From: Mytilus trossulus
Lineage: Eukaryota
Direction: 5' to 3'
Assembly (NCBI RefSeq): GCF_036588685.1
Contig: NC_086384.1
Coordinates: 10,292,001 to 10,356,000, forward strand
DNA: 64,000 nucleotides
Position 1 is the first letter of the stretch. Every line of letters begins with the position of its first letter. Below the pieces are notes generated by a model. It was not told the DNA's origin. It saw only the letters and a program-made list of their open reading frames with translations, and did no database searches. The translations under genes and the position numbers were made by a program. Positions 27,751 to 41,218 of the stretch are shown here, piece by piece.

Positions 27751-30700
27751 TAAAATGGATTAAAAATGTTGCGCTAAAATTGCAATTAATAATTCTACTT
27801 TTCGCTAAAATCGGTGAAATAGGTTGCGCTAAACTAGGTTTAACTTTGTGGTCAAAACCTCCATTTTTTGCGCTAAAAAGTCCTCCATCGTGAATTTAAG
27901 AACACTGTCATGAGACTTTAATTGACTCCTAAACAGACCAGCTTATAAATTGTCTATGATGCATCGATCATTAAATTGTTCCGAAATTATTATTTTTTTA
28001 GCTGAAAGTAAAATACATTTCGGGTTAGAAAGGGACCGTTACAATTATTGGTATTCTTTCAATCTTCTTAAACATTTTTCTTTCAACATTTTTTTCCTTA
28101 CTTTGCATATCAAAGTAACGCAAAACTACCGTTTATGGTGTTCAATATTATACTAATGCAACAATAATTTGATGAATTAAAGTTATTTGTTATAGACCAT
28201 TTGCATACTCGGAAATCCGAAAAAGTCAATAATATGACTTTATTGCGTAGTACACTTGTACGCGATAAAACCTATTACTACGCAGTTTTATTTATTTGTG
28301 TAAATACAGGTTACCTTTGTGCACTTATCGTCGGATTTATAATCCTTGTGAATCGTTATAAATATGACATCTTCAAACAAACCTTTTGGGAGAGCTGTGA
28401 AGGGTGCCCTTTTCATATTTTTTGTACTTCACCAATTGATTCCGGAATATTTCAATATATTTAGATATGTGCATTAGGCATGTTAGGTAAGTCCTTTTAC
28501 ACATATTATATGATATATGGATAAAGTGATTGATAATGTTTGTTTCAATAACTAAAACTGAATACTATATAATTATACGCTCGGTATTTTTTGTAATCCT
28601 GTTTGCTGCAGTCAATTAAGAGTGACTAGGACGTTGAGAAATTAGTAATTAACTGATCAAACCACTATAAAATCAAAAATGGTTTCTTGATATTCAAGAT
28701 GTCTCTTGGTTTTAAAAATCATTACTTTTAATTTTATATTGAAAAAAAAATGATAAATTAACTAATATATTACTTCAAAAGGTTTAATTTAACAGTAACA
28801 ATTATTATTATTATTATTATTTGATATTTAATTATAATGGTATGTAATATTTCATTATTGTTTTCAATTTTAAATTATTTTAGCTTTGAAATTGTACTTT
28901 GGAATTAATTACCTCGACGTTTTGTATATTAAATGAACAGCGAATTTCTTCATATTCTAGTTGTCAATCGATCCCGGCCTGCCTACACATCGACAGCAAT
29001 GCCATGCACCATCCTAGGCATTGTCATAGCTAGTTTCCCCATCATGTTAAGACCCAGAACCAGCTCTCACAGATGTAGTTCGTCTGTTGAGAGTCTGTCG
29101 GGAATCAACGACTAACTTCACAATATACCAACAATCTATATACCATTCATATGTATAGCAATGTCGTCTTTTTTTTGGGTTAAAATATATGGTGGAGGAC
29201 CCGGGCAAATATCTGTCAGAATACTAGGTGTTTACTACCTTTGTATGTAAATTGTTAAAATAGAGGAAATTATTATCATATTATTTTTGCTGATGAAGAT
29301 AAACATAGTGGAATTTTATTCAGCAAACTATCACATATGACAACGAATAACATTTTGAAGAATAACAAAGGAATTCAAATACTGACTGCAGGCCATATTA
29401 TTTGTTTTAACTTAGACCATCCTATGACACCTATATGTATGTATCCTAACGATATAAAACCCAAATTTAGGACACATATCTTAGAAGACTTTGTTTAAAT
29501 TGTTTTACATTTGTCTTATCGGCGCCTTATATAGCTGACTATGCGGAATGGACTTTGCTCTTTGTTGAAGGCCGTACGGTGACCTATAGTTGTTAATGTC
29601 TGTGTCATTTTGGTCTTTTGTGGATAGTTGTCTCATTGGCAATCATATCACATCTTTTTTTTATATTTGGTAAATTTAACCATCAAAACACTAATTTGCT
29701 ATTTCGTGGCGGTCAGTTTTTGTTGATCAAGGTAGTGGTAGAAACAATACTAGTCAATTATGATTAGATTTGAGTGCATCTGCACCGTGCTGGAACTTAA
29801 ATGAAAGAGTGCATCCAGTCAGTACTATTAAAAAAAAATAAACAAAAATTGGGGGATAAAAACAATCCTCCACTCCGCCGATTTTTCTTACTTTTCATTT
29901 CTAAAAAGCTGTTTGGTTTCTTATTTCGCCCCAATATCGTAGACTCGGTCTATTTATAGTTTTTCATACAAAGGAGCAAAGAACGCTCGTTTCATTTATG
30001 TAATAATACGTAACTTACTACGTAAGATTGACAACGTGTCAAGAAATGAGATCTTTACATTTAATCAAACGGTAAAGCTTTTCTCTCCTTTGAATATATA
30101 TACAAGAAAGACAAACAAGTATGAATCAAGCGTGTTCGTGTGATATAATTTGTCAATACAAGTGAGATTTATAACAGAATGCACCTTTAAAGGGATAAAC
30201 CGAGTTGAAAATGTTACGTAATTAATGTCAGATTAAATTGTCAGATCATACAAAACACCTCATCTTTTAAATCGTTTTGAAATCAGACATAAGTCAATAT
30301 GAATTAGCGTGCACAGGATAGCACGTTTGCTGATTGATCAAGGTTATTTAATTAATATATAATTAGACAGAGGTATCAATTAGAATATTTTGTACTCTTC
30401 TGCGTTCTTTTTGTTAACGCACCCTTTTGTCGTCATTAAGATGTTCGAATGTTGTTCGTTATGTTGCGGAGGTTGGATCGTCCTTCATTTGACATTGTCT
30501 GGTATCGATCGATCGATAGAAGAGCTGATTCTAAACCTTAACTTTCTCACGTAATCCTTCCGTTCATTTCACTGTTGTGTATAAAATACTGTCCAGTATC
30601 GTATAAAGCCGTTTACAGTGTCACCGACATTTCAACACAGAAATATTGATAACAGCTAAAATCTTGCTATATTTACTCTATACAAATACTAGTTATAAAT

Positions 30701-30764
30701 AACATTCGAATATCATTTTATTTAACAGATTACTAGTATATGTTTTTTAACATATCGAGAGAGG

Positions 30765-33488
30765 ATGACAAAAATTAAAGTGTTTGTGACTAGGAGAATA
30801 CCCCAACCTGGACTTAATATACTACAACAGGATTGTGATGTACAGTTCTGGGACAGCGATGAAGCCATTCCACAAGAAGAACTTCTCAAGAGAGTACATG
30901 GAGTTGGAGCTTTGTTGTGCATGCTGACTGATAAAATTGATGAAGAAGTTCTAGCAAAAGCAGGTAAATATACATATTTTATTTACTTGTGAAGATTTTT
31001 ATGCCTCTTTTTTTTAACTTTTCGATCAGAATTGTAATATTTGTAGATAATATTATATTCATGTAAAGTCTGCTTTTGAATTCACTTGCAAAATCGCCAT
31101 GCAATCGCAGAAGCTGCTTTGGATCTTTCAACTGCTTTAGAATATAAATAACAAACTTTGCCGGCGACAATTAGGATTTGACTGTCCAAGATATGCGTTG
31201 GTTCCCTTTCGTGTCGTGTAAATTTTAACTGCGACGATGTATATGTTTTCATTTTTAAAAGCAGACATTTCGTAGCTGGTTTTATTTGAAATAATTCGAA
31301 ATAAATAAGCTTCATTTCAAGTACTTTTCAAGTTACGACAAACACTTTTACTTCATTTTTTTTTGGTGATTATTTAGATCAAAATTCGGGAAAAGGGGGG
31401 ATTGATGTATCTTAAAAATTCGTTTACTTGATTCAAAACTTAACAATATTGTAGAAAGATTAGTGCTGATTTGGCAATAAATATAAGAAGTTAGTGCATA
31501 TGTCAGACCCATGCATCTTACATAATTGTATTGATTTTGTTTAATATAAATGATGAATGACATCAACATTCAAATCTTCAATGGGAGCAGTGCAATAGCA
31601 ATCCACTTTATCTGGTTTTAAAATTCAATGTGAGTTTTAAATCTAACAAAATAAAAAAAATGAAATATATCGGAAAAAAAGTGCACATCAAAAACTATTT
31701 TTGCAGTGTAAGGGAAATAATCCCGATAGGACTCATAACAAATACTTGAAATAGGCTCTTTTTAATAGGTGAAAACCTGTGTATTAACACATATGCTCCT
31801 TTTAATAGGTGAAAACCTGCGTATTAACAAATATACTCTTTTTAATAGGTGAAAACCTGCGTATTGTATCCACAATGTCAGTAGGATATGAGCACATAGA
31901 TCTTGAAGCTTGTAAAAGGAGAGGGATAGCTGTTACAAACACTCCAAATGTGTCAACTGATAGTGTGTCAGAACTAACGGTGTCTCTTCTACTGCTGGTG
32001 GCCAGAAGACTATATGAAGGTACATGTAGATTTAAAATTAGTCTTGAGTTAGATATATCATAAAGTAGAGATGTTAAGTTATAAATAGTAATTGCTCAAC
32101 TTGATAAGTTACATGCATGCTTGTGCAAATGCTACCCACTTTTAAGCTATGTTCATGCTCTATAATTCAACATTTTTTGTTACAGCAATGTTTTGCTAAT
32201 GAATATTTTAAAGAAAATGAACAATAATCCGGTATAATTATTTGAACATGAGAATAATTGGAAAGTTCAGCTCCGACATTCCACACAAATAAAATGACAA
32301 ACAATTCATCCAAACTTCAATCTAATTAAAATATAGATCTCTGACTTTGTTATACTGCGTTATACTCATATGTAGTGTAACGAAATCAGAGATCTATATT
32401 TTAATTAGATTGTCCATTCTCAGAAATGATTATTATTAAAACCTTAAGAGAGCTCAACATAAATGTAGTTAACGAACACCAAGTAGTTTTCTTGGATTTC
32501 AATGAAATTGTTTGAAAACAAGACTTATTCGTATAAGAATTTCAGCTCATATCAAGTTGAGAGAAACTCAAAACGTCATAGCAAACCCCCACCCCCAAAC
32601 AAAAACACCACGAAAATAGAAACAAACCCACAAAAGCACAACTTAGAACAATACAGATAGTGCAACACAAACCTTACCAAAACCAGGAGATGATCTCAAA
32701 TGCTTCGAAAGGGTAAACGGATACTGCTACTCATTTGGCGCATGTTGAAAGGACCAGTTTGGCTGACCATGTCAATATGTGCTTTTTATCATATCATTAC
32801 AAATGCTATTGGTATATGCACAAAGACCCCTTTCCGTTAAATAATATACATATGCATCCATTGTATTTCAGGAATACGTGCAGTACACGGAGGAGAATGG
32901 GGTAAATGGAAGCCTATGTGGCTGTGTGGAGTAGAATTAACAAACAAAACAGTCGGAATCCTCGGACTTGGTCGTATAGGATACGGGGTGGCCAAACGAC
33001 TAAAACCTTTCGGAATTGATAGAATTATTTACCATGATGTCTGCAGAGTCAGTTATGCTGATGATATTGGCGCTACATATGTAGATTTTGCCATGTTGTT
33101 GAGCGATTCTGATATCATATGTATATGTTGTAATTTAACTCCACAAACAAAGCACAAGTTTAATACGAAGGCTTTCGAAAAGATGAAGAATAGCGCAGTG
33201 TTGATTAATTCCGGGAGAGGGGGAGTAATCCAACATGATGACCTATATGAAGCATTACGTACAAACACTATTGCTGCTGCCGGATTGGATGTCACTGAAC
33301 CGGAACCACTTCCTAAAGATCATCCGTTATTGACATTAAACAACTGTATTGTTCTCCCTCATATGGGTAGTAATACATGGGAATCAAGAAACAGTATGTC
33401 GGAAATTGCTGCGACTAATATTATTTCTGTTTTAAATGGTACGAATGCAGTAGGTGAAGTTATTCCTCCGCGTAGTAATGGTCTATGA
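30765..33488 (+). CDS. GRHPR: Glyoxylate/hydroxypyruvate reductase-like (D-2-hydroxyacid dehydrogenase) paralogue 3; exons 30765-30963, 31849-32019, 32872-33488; 328 aa
   Basis: 987-nt spliced frame; TMSVGYEHID, WKPMWLCG, GLGRIG, NSGRG, AGLDVTEPEP and LPHMGS intact. Confidence 0.93.
31756..31865 (+). repeat. 40-bp tandem triplication of the exon-2 splice acceptor of paralogue 3
   Basis: ctc(t/c)ttttaatag|gtgaaaacctg(t/c)gtatt occurs three times, with AG at 31767-68, 31807-08 and 31847-48. Confidence 0.92.
32318..32412. repeat. 95-bp fold-back (palindromic) element in intron 2 of paralogue 3
   Basis: caatctaattaaaatatagatctctga / tcagagatctatattttaattagattg; decayed relative at about 13733-13800. 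Confidence 0.8.
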
Positions 33489-36163
33489 TTAAAAAATAGA
33501 ATGACAGCAACACGAGATCGCTTTGTTATATATTTTTTTTATCGTTAATTGTTCCCGATTATCGATATATTTGTAAACGAAACAGTAAAGCATAATATAT
33601 GGTTGATGTTGTAATTTGATTTCTTCGTTTTTGTTGAAAATAGTCTATGTTGGTCAAGTTGAAGGTTAACATCATTAAAGTTAAGTTGTTTCTGATGATT
33701 TCTTTATCTAAATAAAAAAAGGAGCAAAAGGCGAAATTTTCTTTTCAATATTAAAAAGAAGATGTGGTATGATTGCCAATGAGACAACTATTCACAAAAG
33801 ACCAAAATGACACAGAAATTAACAACTACAGGTCACCGTACGGCCTTCAATAATGAGCAAAGCCCATACCGCATAGTAAGCTATAAAAGACTCCTATAAG
33901 ACAATGTAAAACAATTCAAACGAGAAAACTAACGGCCTTATTTATGTAAAAAAAATGAACGAAAAATTATCATATGTACCAATTGAAAATTCAATCTGAA
34001 CATACATGTAAACTAAATGTGGTTAATTCATCCAGTCTTTCGGAATATACTGCTTATGTTTCTTTTGACGCTAAAATCGGAAAAAACACATTATTTTGTA
34101 CTGACTTTTACTACACCCTCCGAAGGTATTAAATTGTATTTTGTACTTTATTTTTTCCATATAAACTATTGTCTGATTCTGATATTGCATTCTTGCTCGT
34201 AAACGCGAAGACGATCGAATTATTCTACATTCATTGTCAATTTGGGAATAATGGAAAGTAAAAGAGAGGCGAAAGATACCGAAGGGACATTCAAACTCAT
34301 AAGTCGAAATAAACTGACAACTTCATCTCTAAAAAAGAAAAAAAAAACAACAAACAAATGATAGCCCCTTCCTTATACAATAATAGCAGAAGCTACTCGA
34401 TAGTTGTTATTATAAGAAAATCCCGAAGGTACTATACTCAAACTCATAAATCGAGAATAAACTGACAACAGAATGGCAAAAAAATCAAAAAACAACAAAC
34501 AACGACAAAACAACATTTCTATAGCAGTAAACTTACAAAATATTGACTTAGCAACATCTTTCAATCATGCACGCTAGCACCGTAGATGATCTCAGGTGCG
34601 CAGGTAGGGCTAGCAGATACTGCTGAACAGATGAAACACAATTATTGATTTTGAAAGTCTTGCACCGTGGTTGTTTTTTTCTGTGAAAAAAAAATTGAAG
34701 TACGGTATTCAGTAATAGTGCTGAAATGCATTGAATCAGGAGACAAAAACAGTATGTTATTATATTCCTGACAATTATAAAACAGTCAACTGTCTTGAAA
34801 AAAATGAGATGTTACATATTATAACATATTGCATCTGTGGCGTGACCAATTTTCTATAATTGCTTAAATCGTTAAAAAATCTGCATTAAGGAAAAATAAA
34901 CGCGTATCATTTTACACAAACCGAGCCGCTCGAGATATGGTGAAGCATTTTGATGTTTTGAAACTGGTAAAGGGTATCAGTTTAAAGCAGGAAACCAGTG
35001 ATTGATTGGAAATGATTCTACAATATGTATCGTTGTCTTGAGCTAGCTTAATACATGTATTTTATTGGAATGATTTTTTTTGTATAGGCCGCATGTGAGA
35101 TCTTTCTTTTCAAAATATAAGACTATGTCATACATGTACATTGAGAAACTAAAGATATAGGTTATTTATCATCCATGACACACAATCAGTACATACACAG
35201 TACAAAACACATTAAAAGTACAGCTCTTATTATTTCTGTTCTGTAACTCAAAACCACCATGAGGCCTTCAACACGAGGAGCAAAAAAGAACTCTCACATC
35301 GCTGGTAGTTTAAGACGACACCAAGCTATTTGAGCGGAATTCTTTGTAAAATAATTCGGGGAGATGTTTCACCACAAAATCATGCAATGTCAAAGATATC
35401 ATACTGGAAAGTAGTACATAGCTTACATCATGTACATTAAGCTAAAGTATCTTCTTTTTGAAAAGAGTATATAACTTAAAAGGTCATTGTCTTAGCAAAA
35501 AGAAAAGCCCCGCTTACTAGAACACAAAAATACAGAACACCAAAATCCAAAAGCAGCATAATAATTAATAAACCATAAGATGCAAGGACTGATTATTGTT
35601 TGAATAACAACTCACAATAAATTACCCTTAATGATAACATGGATAACTTCGAAAATATAAATATTATTTTAACATCCTGTCTCATTTTAAATGCACTTTC
35701 AAGATATGCAAATATATATTTTTTTAAAAATTTTATGGGAATGCTGATAAACTCTAAGTCATTTTGTTTACGATTAATGTGTTTTACAAATTAAAATATC
35801 CACATGTATACATCACAATCACGTCCCTCATCAACTACGTTCAATTTATAAAAACTACATAATTGTGAATGTGTGCTTATCAATACTATTTAATTCGAAA
35901 CCTTGATTTAAATGCAAAATCGAAATTTGTGAAAAACAATGTAGGTTTTATCATCAACAATTCATGTAATTTTAATAGTTAAATGTTAATAGCTTTGATG
36001 ACGAATTATTTATTCATTATTGATGAATTTATATATGTTATCTAAATGATACTATCTGCCCCTATTTTCATTATTGTCTAAGGCAGTCTATTATATTTTG
36101 CTCGTTATAAGTCATGATTATTGGAAAACTGAATATATTTAGTTAGATCCTATGATACCAATT

Positions 36164-36333
36164 CAGGGGCGGATCCAGCCATTTTAAAGAGGGGGGGGGG
36201 TCCCCAACCCAGGATTAAAGGGAGGGTTCAACTATATGTCCCCATTCAAATGCATTGATCGACCAAAAAAAAAGGGGGATTCAAACCCCCGGAACCCCCC
36301 CCCCCCTTTTCCCCCTTTCTGGATCCGCCACTG
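36164..36333. mobile_element. MITE with cag(g/t)ggcggatccag TIRs (hAT-like termini), present in copy 1 only
   Basis: caggggcggatccag / ctggatccgccactg; empty site near 45015 in copy 2. Confidence 0.8.
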
Positions 36334-36668
36334 CATTGAATACCATGATAACAGTTAAACATAAATCTGTGACAAGTTATCCAGCGAATCTTCTCCTCTA
36401 GGACAATTAATATCATAGAAAGATCAAATTAGATGTCATTTTACAAGTATTTCGAATAAATATTATCAACGAGAGAGAGATTAAAATGCTGTATTTCCAT
36501 AAAATCAAATCATTTAATTCCACCGTAATTCCTTGTGGTAATAATCTCCATAGAAATATGCATTGGCAAAGTCCGTCCTGGGAAATGTAGTTGATTGATA
36601 CAAGTGTTCAATAGCTATGAGCATTTGACATTCCATTTAGTATCAGAGAAGATTCAGATATCAATAAA

Positions 36669-39600
36669 ATGGCAGAAGATAAGTAAGTATTGTTTGTTGA
36701 TCATTTATTTCTAATTTTGTAATTTTGTCATATTCCTGGTAACAATTCTAAAAAGGTATCATTTACAGTGTAACTTTATCGGCATTATAATGATGTACAC
36801 CACGTATATTTTTCAATTTCTTCGAAAAACACATGTCGAATTGGATTCAGTTACACAGAGTTAAATGCATTTTAATATGCGTCTCTTTGTGCTGAATCAA
36901 ATATTGTAGCGAAAATTTGATCGGAGACGTCGCATCCGTACACATTGAACCAAACGGTCAGCCTCAATGAAAGAATAATATATGTTCGCACAGAGGATAT
37001 GTTCCAATCCCCAACTGTAACCTACCGAATTAGACTTATCACCGGGTGTGTACTACCACGAACAGCACGATGGATGCCACATGTGGAGCAGGATCTGTAT
37101 ACTCCCATAGCACTTGAGATCATTTCCAGTTTTGGTGGGTTCATGTTGATCAGTAATTTGTGGGTTCATGTTGTGAATTGTGTAATGTTCAACTGCTTGT
37201 TTTTTGTTATTTTTTGTTCGACAACCTTCTATCAATATATCAAGGGATACAGACTACCAATTTTCACATTCTATAAAGTGAAGGATGTTGGTTATTGCTA
37301 AGTTAATAGCTCTCGGTGTATGGGTTAAAAAATGAGATTCGACGATACCAATAGACAAATAAATAAACAGCTTTAATTAAACTAATTTGTAGTACACTGA
37401 ATTTGGAAATACTTGAACTTTTCAGAACGTTTATAGAGGGAGAGTCGTGGACAAAATCATGCAAACGACAGGAAACAGAAAATACAAACAATTGTAAGTT
37501 TTAAAAACCACAAAAAAACATTAGAGCAAACAGAAACCGAACGACAATGAAATACCGGGTATTACGGTAGTGTAGTAGAAACGGAAATGTGATATAAAAC
37601 ATAATTGTTAAAGAAAATATCAATTTTCATATTATAGTATATATTTGGTCCTACATGGAAACCATGTATCTTTAAAAAAGATATCCGACGTATTTAGATT
37701 TGAGTATTATGTTTAAAACTATCATTTCGATAACCTTCAGAAGCACAATGACTTAATGATGCAGGACCTGTTTGATAAAATCTCCATCTGAATGTTACTG
37801 CAAGAATTTTTTTTTACTAAGTCTGTTTATATTAAAGGCAATAATATATAAGAATATTGTGATGACACCTAAAAATTTTATTGGTAAAAAATCTAGTGCA
37901 AATAAAAAGAAACTAATATACATTTACTACTGTTAACATTAAGCTTAATTTATGGTTATCAAAGCTAGAAACTATTGGTAGTATGCATGTAAGTAGTATC
38001 TTTCTGTTTACATTCACCCAAACCCCGCGGAAATCGCACATGCGTAGGTGCGTTCTAAAAGTCATGTACGTTCGTACAAAAAAGTTTACATTAAAAATTA
38101 TATAATTATATAATTGTCCCGAATAAACAGCTTTCGTGGATGCAAAGAACTATTGGAGAAACAATTATTTTAATAAAAATATAAATCTTTGTAAGATCTA
38201 GTTCAAATATTTATAATTTATCACTTGCTTTCCATCACGATATAATTTTCGAGACGATTTTTCAAACACAAACAAATCACCCACAATGATGGCATTTTGT
38301 CCAATCACAGAAAGGATTTTCGAGCATGCGTAGTCTGTTGCCATAGTGAAGCGTCCTTAAGTTCAAAGTGCACAAACCGAAACTATACCGACTACGTCGG
38401 AAAAAGAGATACCGTGTACGCGATAGAAATCATAAATTGAATTGCAACTTCAAGTACAGATACTTGCTATACTGTAATTTTAAACATTTACGATTGCTAT
38501 ATTCAAAGATTAGAAAAAAATGAAAAATTAATCATTGCGATTTTAGGAAAATATGAAAAAATCGAGGGTGATCTTAAGTGTTAAGGAAAGGTAGGCTAAT
38601 CCTGCTCTACAGGCTAACAGTTATACTCATGATGTTGAACTCTCGATCTTTTTTTCTGATTGAAATTGATTGTGTATACCGACATGCTTATCTGTACATG
38701 TATTTAAGTTTATATAAGCTAAACTATGTGTATTGGTTTTTTTTATACTTTGCACTTATGCAATCTGCATTATTTTGCTGAATTATAACACGAAGATGTT
38801 GTACGATTGCCATTGCGATAACTCTTCATAATTGATCAAAATGACACAGAAATTACTTAATAGAGGTCAACAATGAGCAAGGCCAATACTGTATGGCCCG
38901 AAATGACAAATATAAAACAATCTAAACTAGAAAAACTAACGGCTTAATTAATGTACAATGTAATGAACTAAAAACAAATATGTCACACAGCAACAACGAA
39001 TACCACTGGAATTCTGCAACAGGCTCCTGACTTAAGCCAGACACATACAGAATGTTTCGATTTTAACATCTTAGTTGGTAAAAAAACGAAAAACGATAAA
39101 CAAAAACGAACAAAAGCCACCAAAGCACGTGAAATGAGCAATACACTCCTCGTTAATAGAAAGTGATGATTTAAATTTCTCAAGATGAGTTGGAGACCAA
39201 GGGAGGTAACCCGGACAAGGACAATGATTGTGAAAAGGACGAAAAGAACGGATGTGATGAAGATAAGGACAATGCAGATGAAGAAGAGGAAGACAATGAT
39301 TGTGACTGGATGACGAAAGAAGAGGAAGAAAGAAAAATTATACAATGTGTAAGATTTTCAAATGTTCAAGTTAAGGATCTACTTACATGAGGTTTATAAA
39401 CTTGATTTTCGGATTTTTTTCTCTCCATACAATACAGGGTGAATGATTTTGCTCGTTAACACCCACTACACTAACACAACATTTTCGTGTATCTTCTACT
39501 TGACTGGGTTAAATAGAAGTAATATCAGAGGGCTCCCAACTTCATCTACATTTTGAACTTCTTTACTTTTAATGCAAATACTGCGGACAATATCTAATGC

Positions 39601-40256
39601 GTAATTCATACAGAATTCCGTATGTAACATGTCTGTTTTGTATCTGAACCTTATTTAGTGGTTGTAGTTGGTTGTTTTCTGTCATAGTTAATTTGCGTTT
39701 AGGTCATAGAATAAGCCATTGCTTATTTTTCTATTCGATCGTTTCACATTATGTCATGTAGTGGTCCTTTTAATGGATTATGTCATGTAGTGGTCCTTTT
39801 AGCTGAATTTGAGGGGTTTGTCGATTGTTGAAGGCCTCACGGTGACATACAATTACTTATATCTAAGTCATTTGATGTCTGGTTAGTACACGTATAGCTG
39901 TTCATTGGGCAATCATTACACATCTACTACATAAATCATACTTAGAAAAATATTCTAGAACATTCACATAAATATATTTATAACTGATATTTGTTTGTTT
40001 TACCTTGAACAATATCACGTGGTATTTTTCTTTTCTATAAAATTTTCGTTTGCAGCTGCAGGAAGTTGCAAGTAGATGTACTCATGCTAATACGAAGAAA
40101 AGACCCACATCTTATGAAGTACTCGATATGTTATATAAAGTATACGAACCACCAAAAGAACCATGGTCGTTCAAAAGTTTCTGTCAGAATCTATGTCAGG
40201 CAGAAAACTACGAAGATTATGACGACTCCACGCTGGACACACCGGTATCAAAATAA
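36669..40256 (+). CDS. Predicted 148-aa acidic protein ending in an IRAK/Pelle-like kinase subdomain X-XI remnant, copy 1; exons 36669-36682, 37426-37493, 39185-39348, 40056-40256
   Basis: Donors gtaagt, gtaagt, gtaaga; acceptors ttttcag, tttctcaag, tttgcag; phases 2/1/0 give one 447-nt frame: MAEDKTFIEGESWTKSCKRQETENTNNYELETKGG...DCDWMTKEEEERKIIQCLQEVASRCTHANTKKRPTSYEVLDML...VSK. Confidence 0.65.
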
Positions 40257-40648
40257 ATAAACGTCATCAAGGTTAAGACGCTTCAAAGTGTGTTGATAAC
40301 ATGGCTTCGCTTTTTCTTTAAATTACAAACAATAAATCCAATATGCATAGTAGAACACATTTATCTGCACATTCAAAGAGTTTGAACTGCTTATTGTAAC
40401 TCTGTTTGTTAAATAAATACATTTTTTAAGGATTAACTTTGGATTTATTTCTTTAGGTGATAGGTAATTTCAGATTCTCGTCCAGTGACGAATATCAAAA
40501 TTTATATTTTGATGTGAATATGTAAAAATGATATGAATGGAAACCCCGTTTTACTAGATAGATATTGGGTCAAAAATGTCAGTGTTGAAGACATCCCAAA
40601 TCTCCTTTGCCATGGGGAAATTGAATGTCAACAATGATCTAAATATAA

Positions 40649-41218
40649 CGCACAAACAAAGGAAAGGTCGCAGTTTCGTGGCAGATAGAAGGAAAGACCA
40701 AACAGAATAATGCATGATTCGCATAAACAAAGAAAAGGTCGCAGTTTCGTGGCACATAGAAGGAAAGACCAACCAGAATAATGCATGATTCGCATAAACA
40801 AAGGAAAGGTCGCAGTTTCGTGGCACATAGAAGGAAAGGCCAACCAGAATAATGCATGAATCGCATAAACAAAGGAAAGGTCGTAGTTTCGTGGCACATA
40901 GAAGGAAAGACCAACCAGAATAATGCATGAATCGCATAAACAAAGGAAAGGTCGTAGTTTCGTGGCACATAAAAGGAAAGACCAAACAGAATAATGCATG
41001 ATTCGCATAAACAAAGGAAAGGTCGCAGTTTCGTGGCACATAGAAGGAAAGACCAACCAGAATAATGCATGATTCGCATAAACAAAGGAAAGGTCGCAGT
41101 TTCGTGGCACATAGAAGGAAAGGCCAACCAGAATAATGCATGAATCGCATAAACAAAGGAAAGGTCGTAGTTTCGTGGCACATAGAAGGAAAGGCCAACC
41201 AGAATAATGCATGATTCG
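40649..41218. repeat. 60-bp minisatellite, about 9.5 copies
   Basis: Unit cgcataaacaaaggaaaggtcgcagtttcgtggcacatagaaggaaagaccaaccagaataatgcatgatt-like, repeating at a 60-bp period; explains three periodic minus-strand ORFs. Confidence 0.97.

Larger units (their letters stand above)
35990..40400 (+). repeat. Segmental duplication copy 1 (copy 2 about 43743-49580)
   Basis: Collinear homology from atagcttt.atga.gaatta...ttcatta through ...ctgcacattcaaagagttt, interrupted by copy-specific insertions. Confidence 0.9.

Noticed and set aside
33470-33488. Peroxisomal PTS1 at the C-terminus of paralogue 3 (-NGL)
   Set aside because: Does not fit the [SAC][KRH][LM] consensus.
15718-33488. Bacterial operon or horizontally acquired cluster interpretation of the dehydrogenase trio
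   Set aside because: All three genes have spliceosomal introns at shared positions and animal GRHPR-like motifs; tandem duplication is sufficient.
37426-37493. Exon 2 read as kinase subdomain I (NVYRGRV)
   Set aside because: No preceding GxGxxG or following VAVK, and phase 0 is incompatible with exon 1 (it would end in TAA). Kept only as a caveat.
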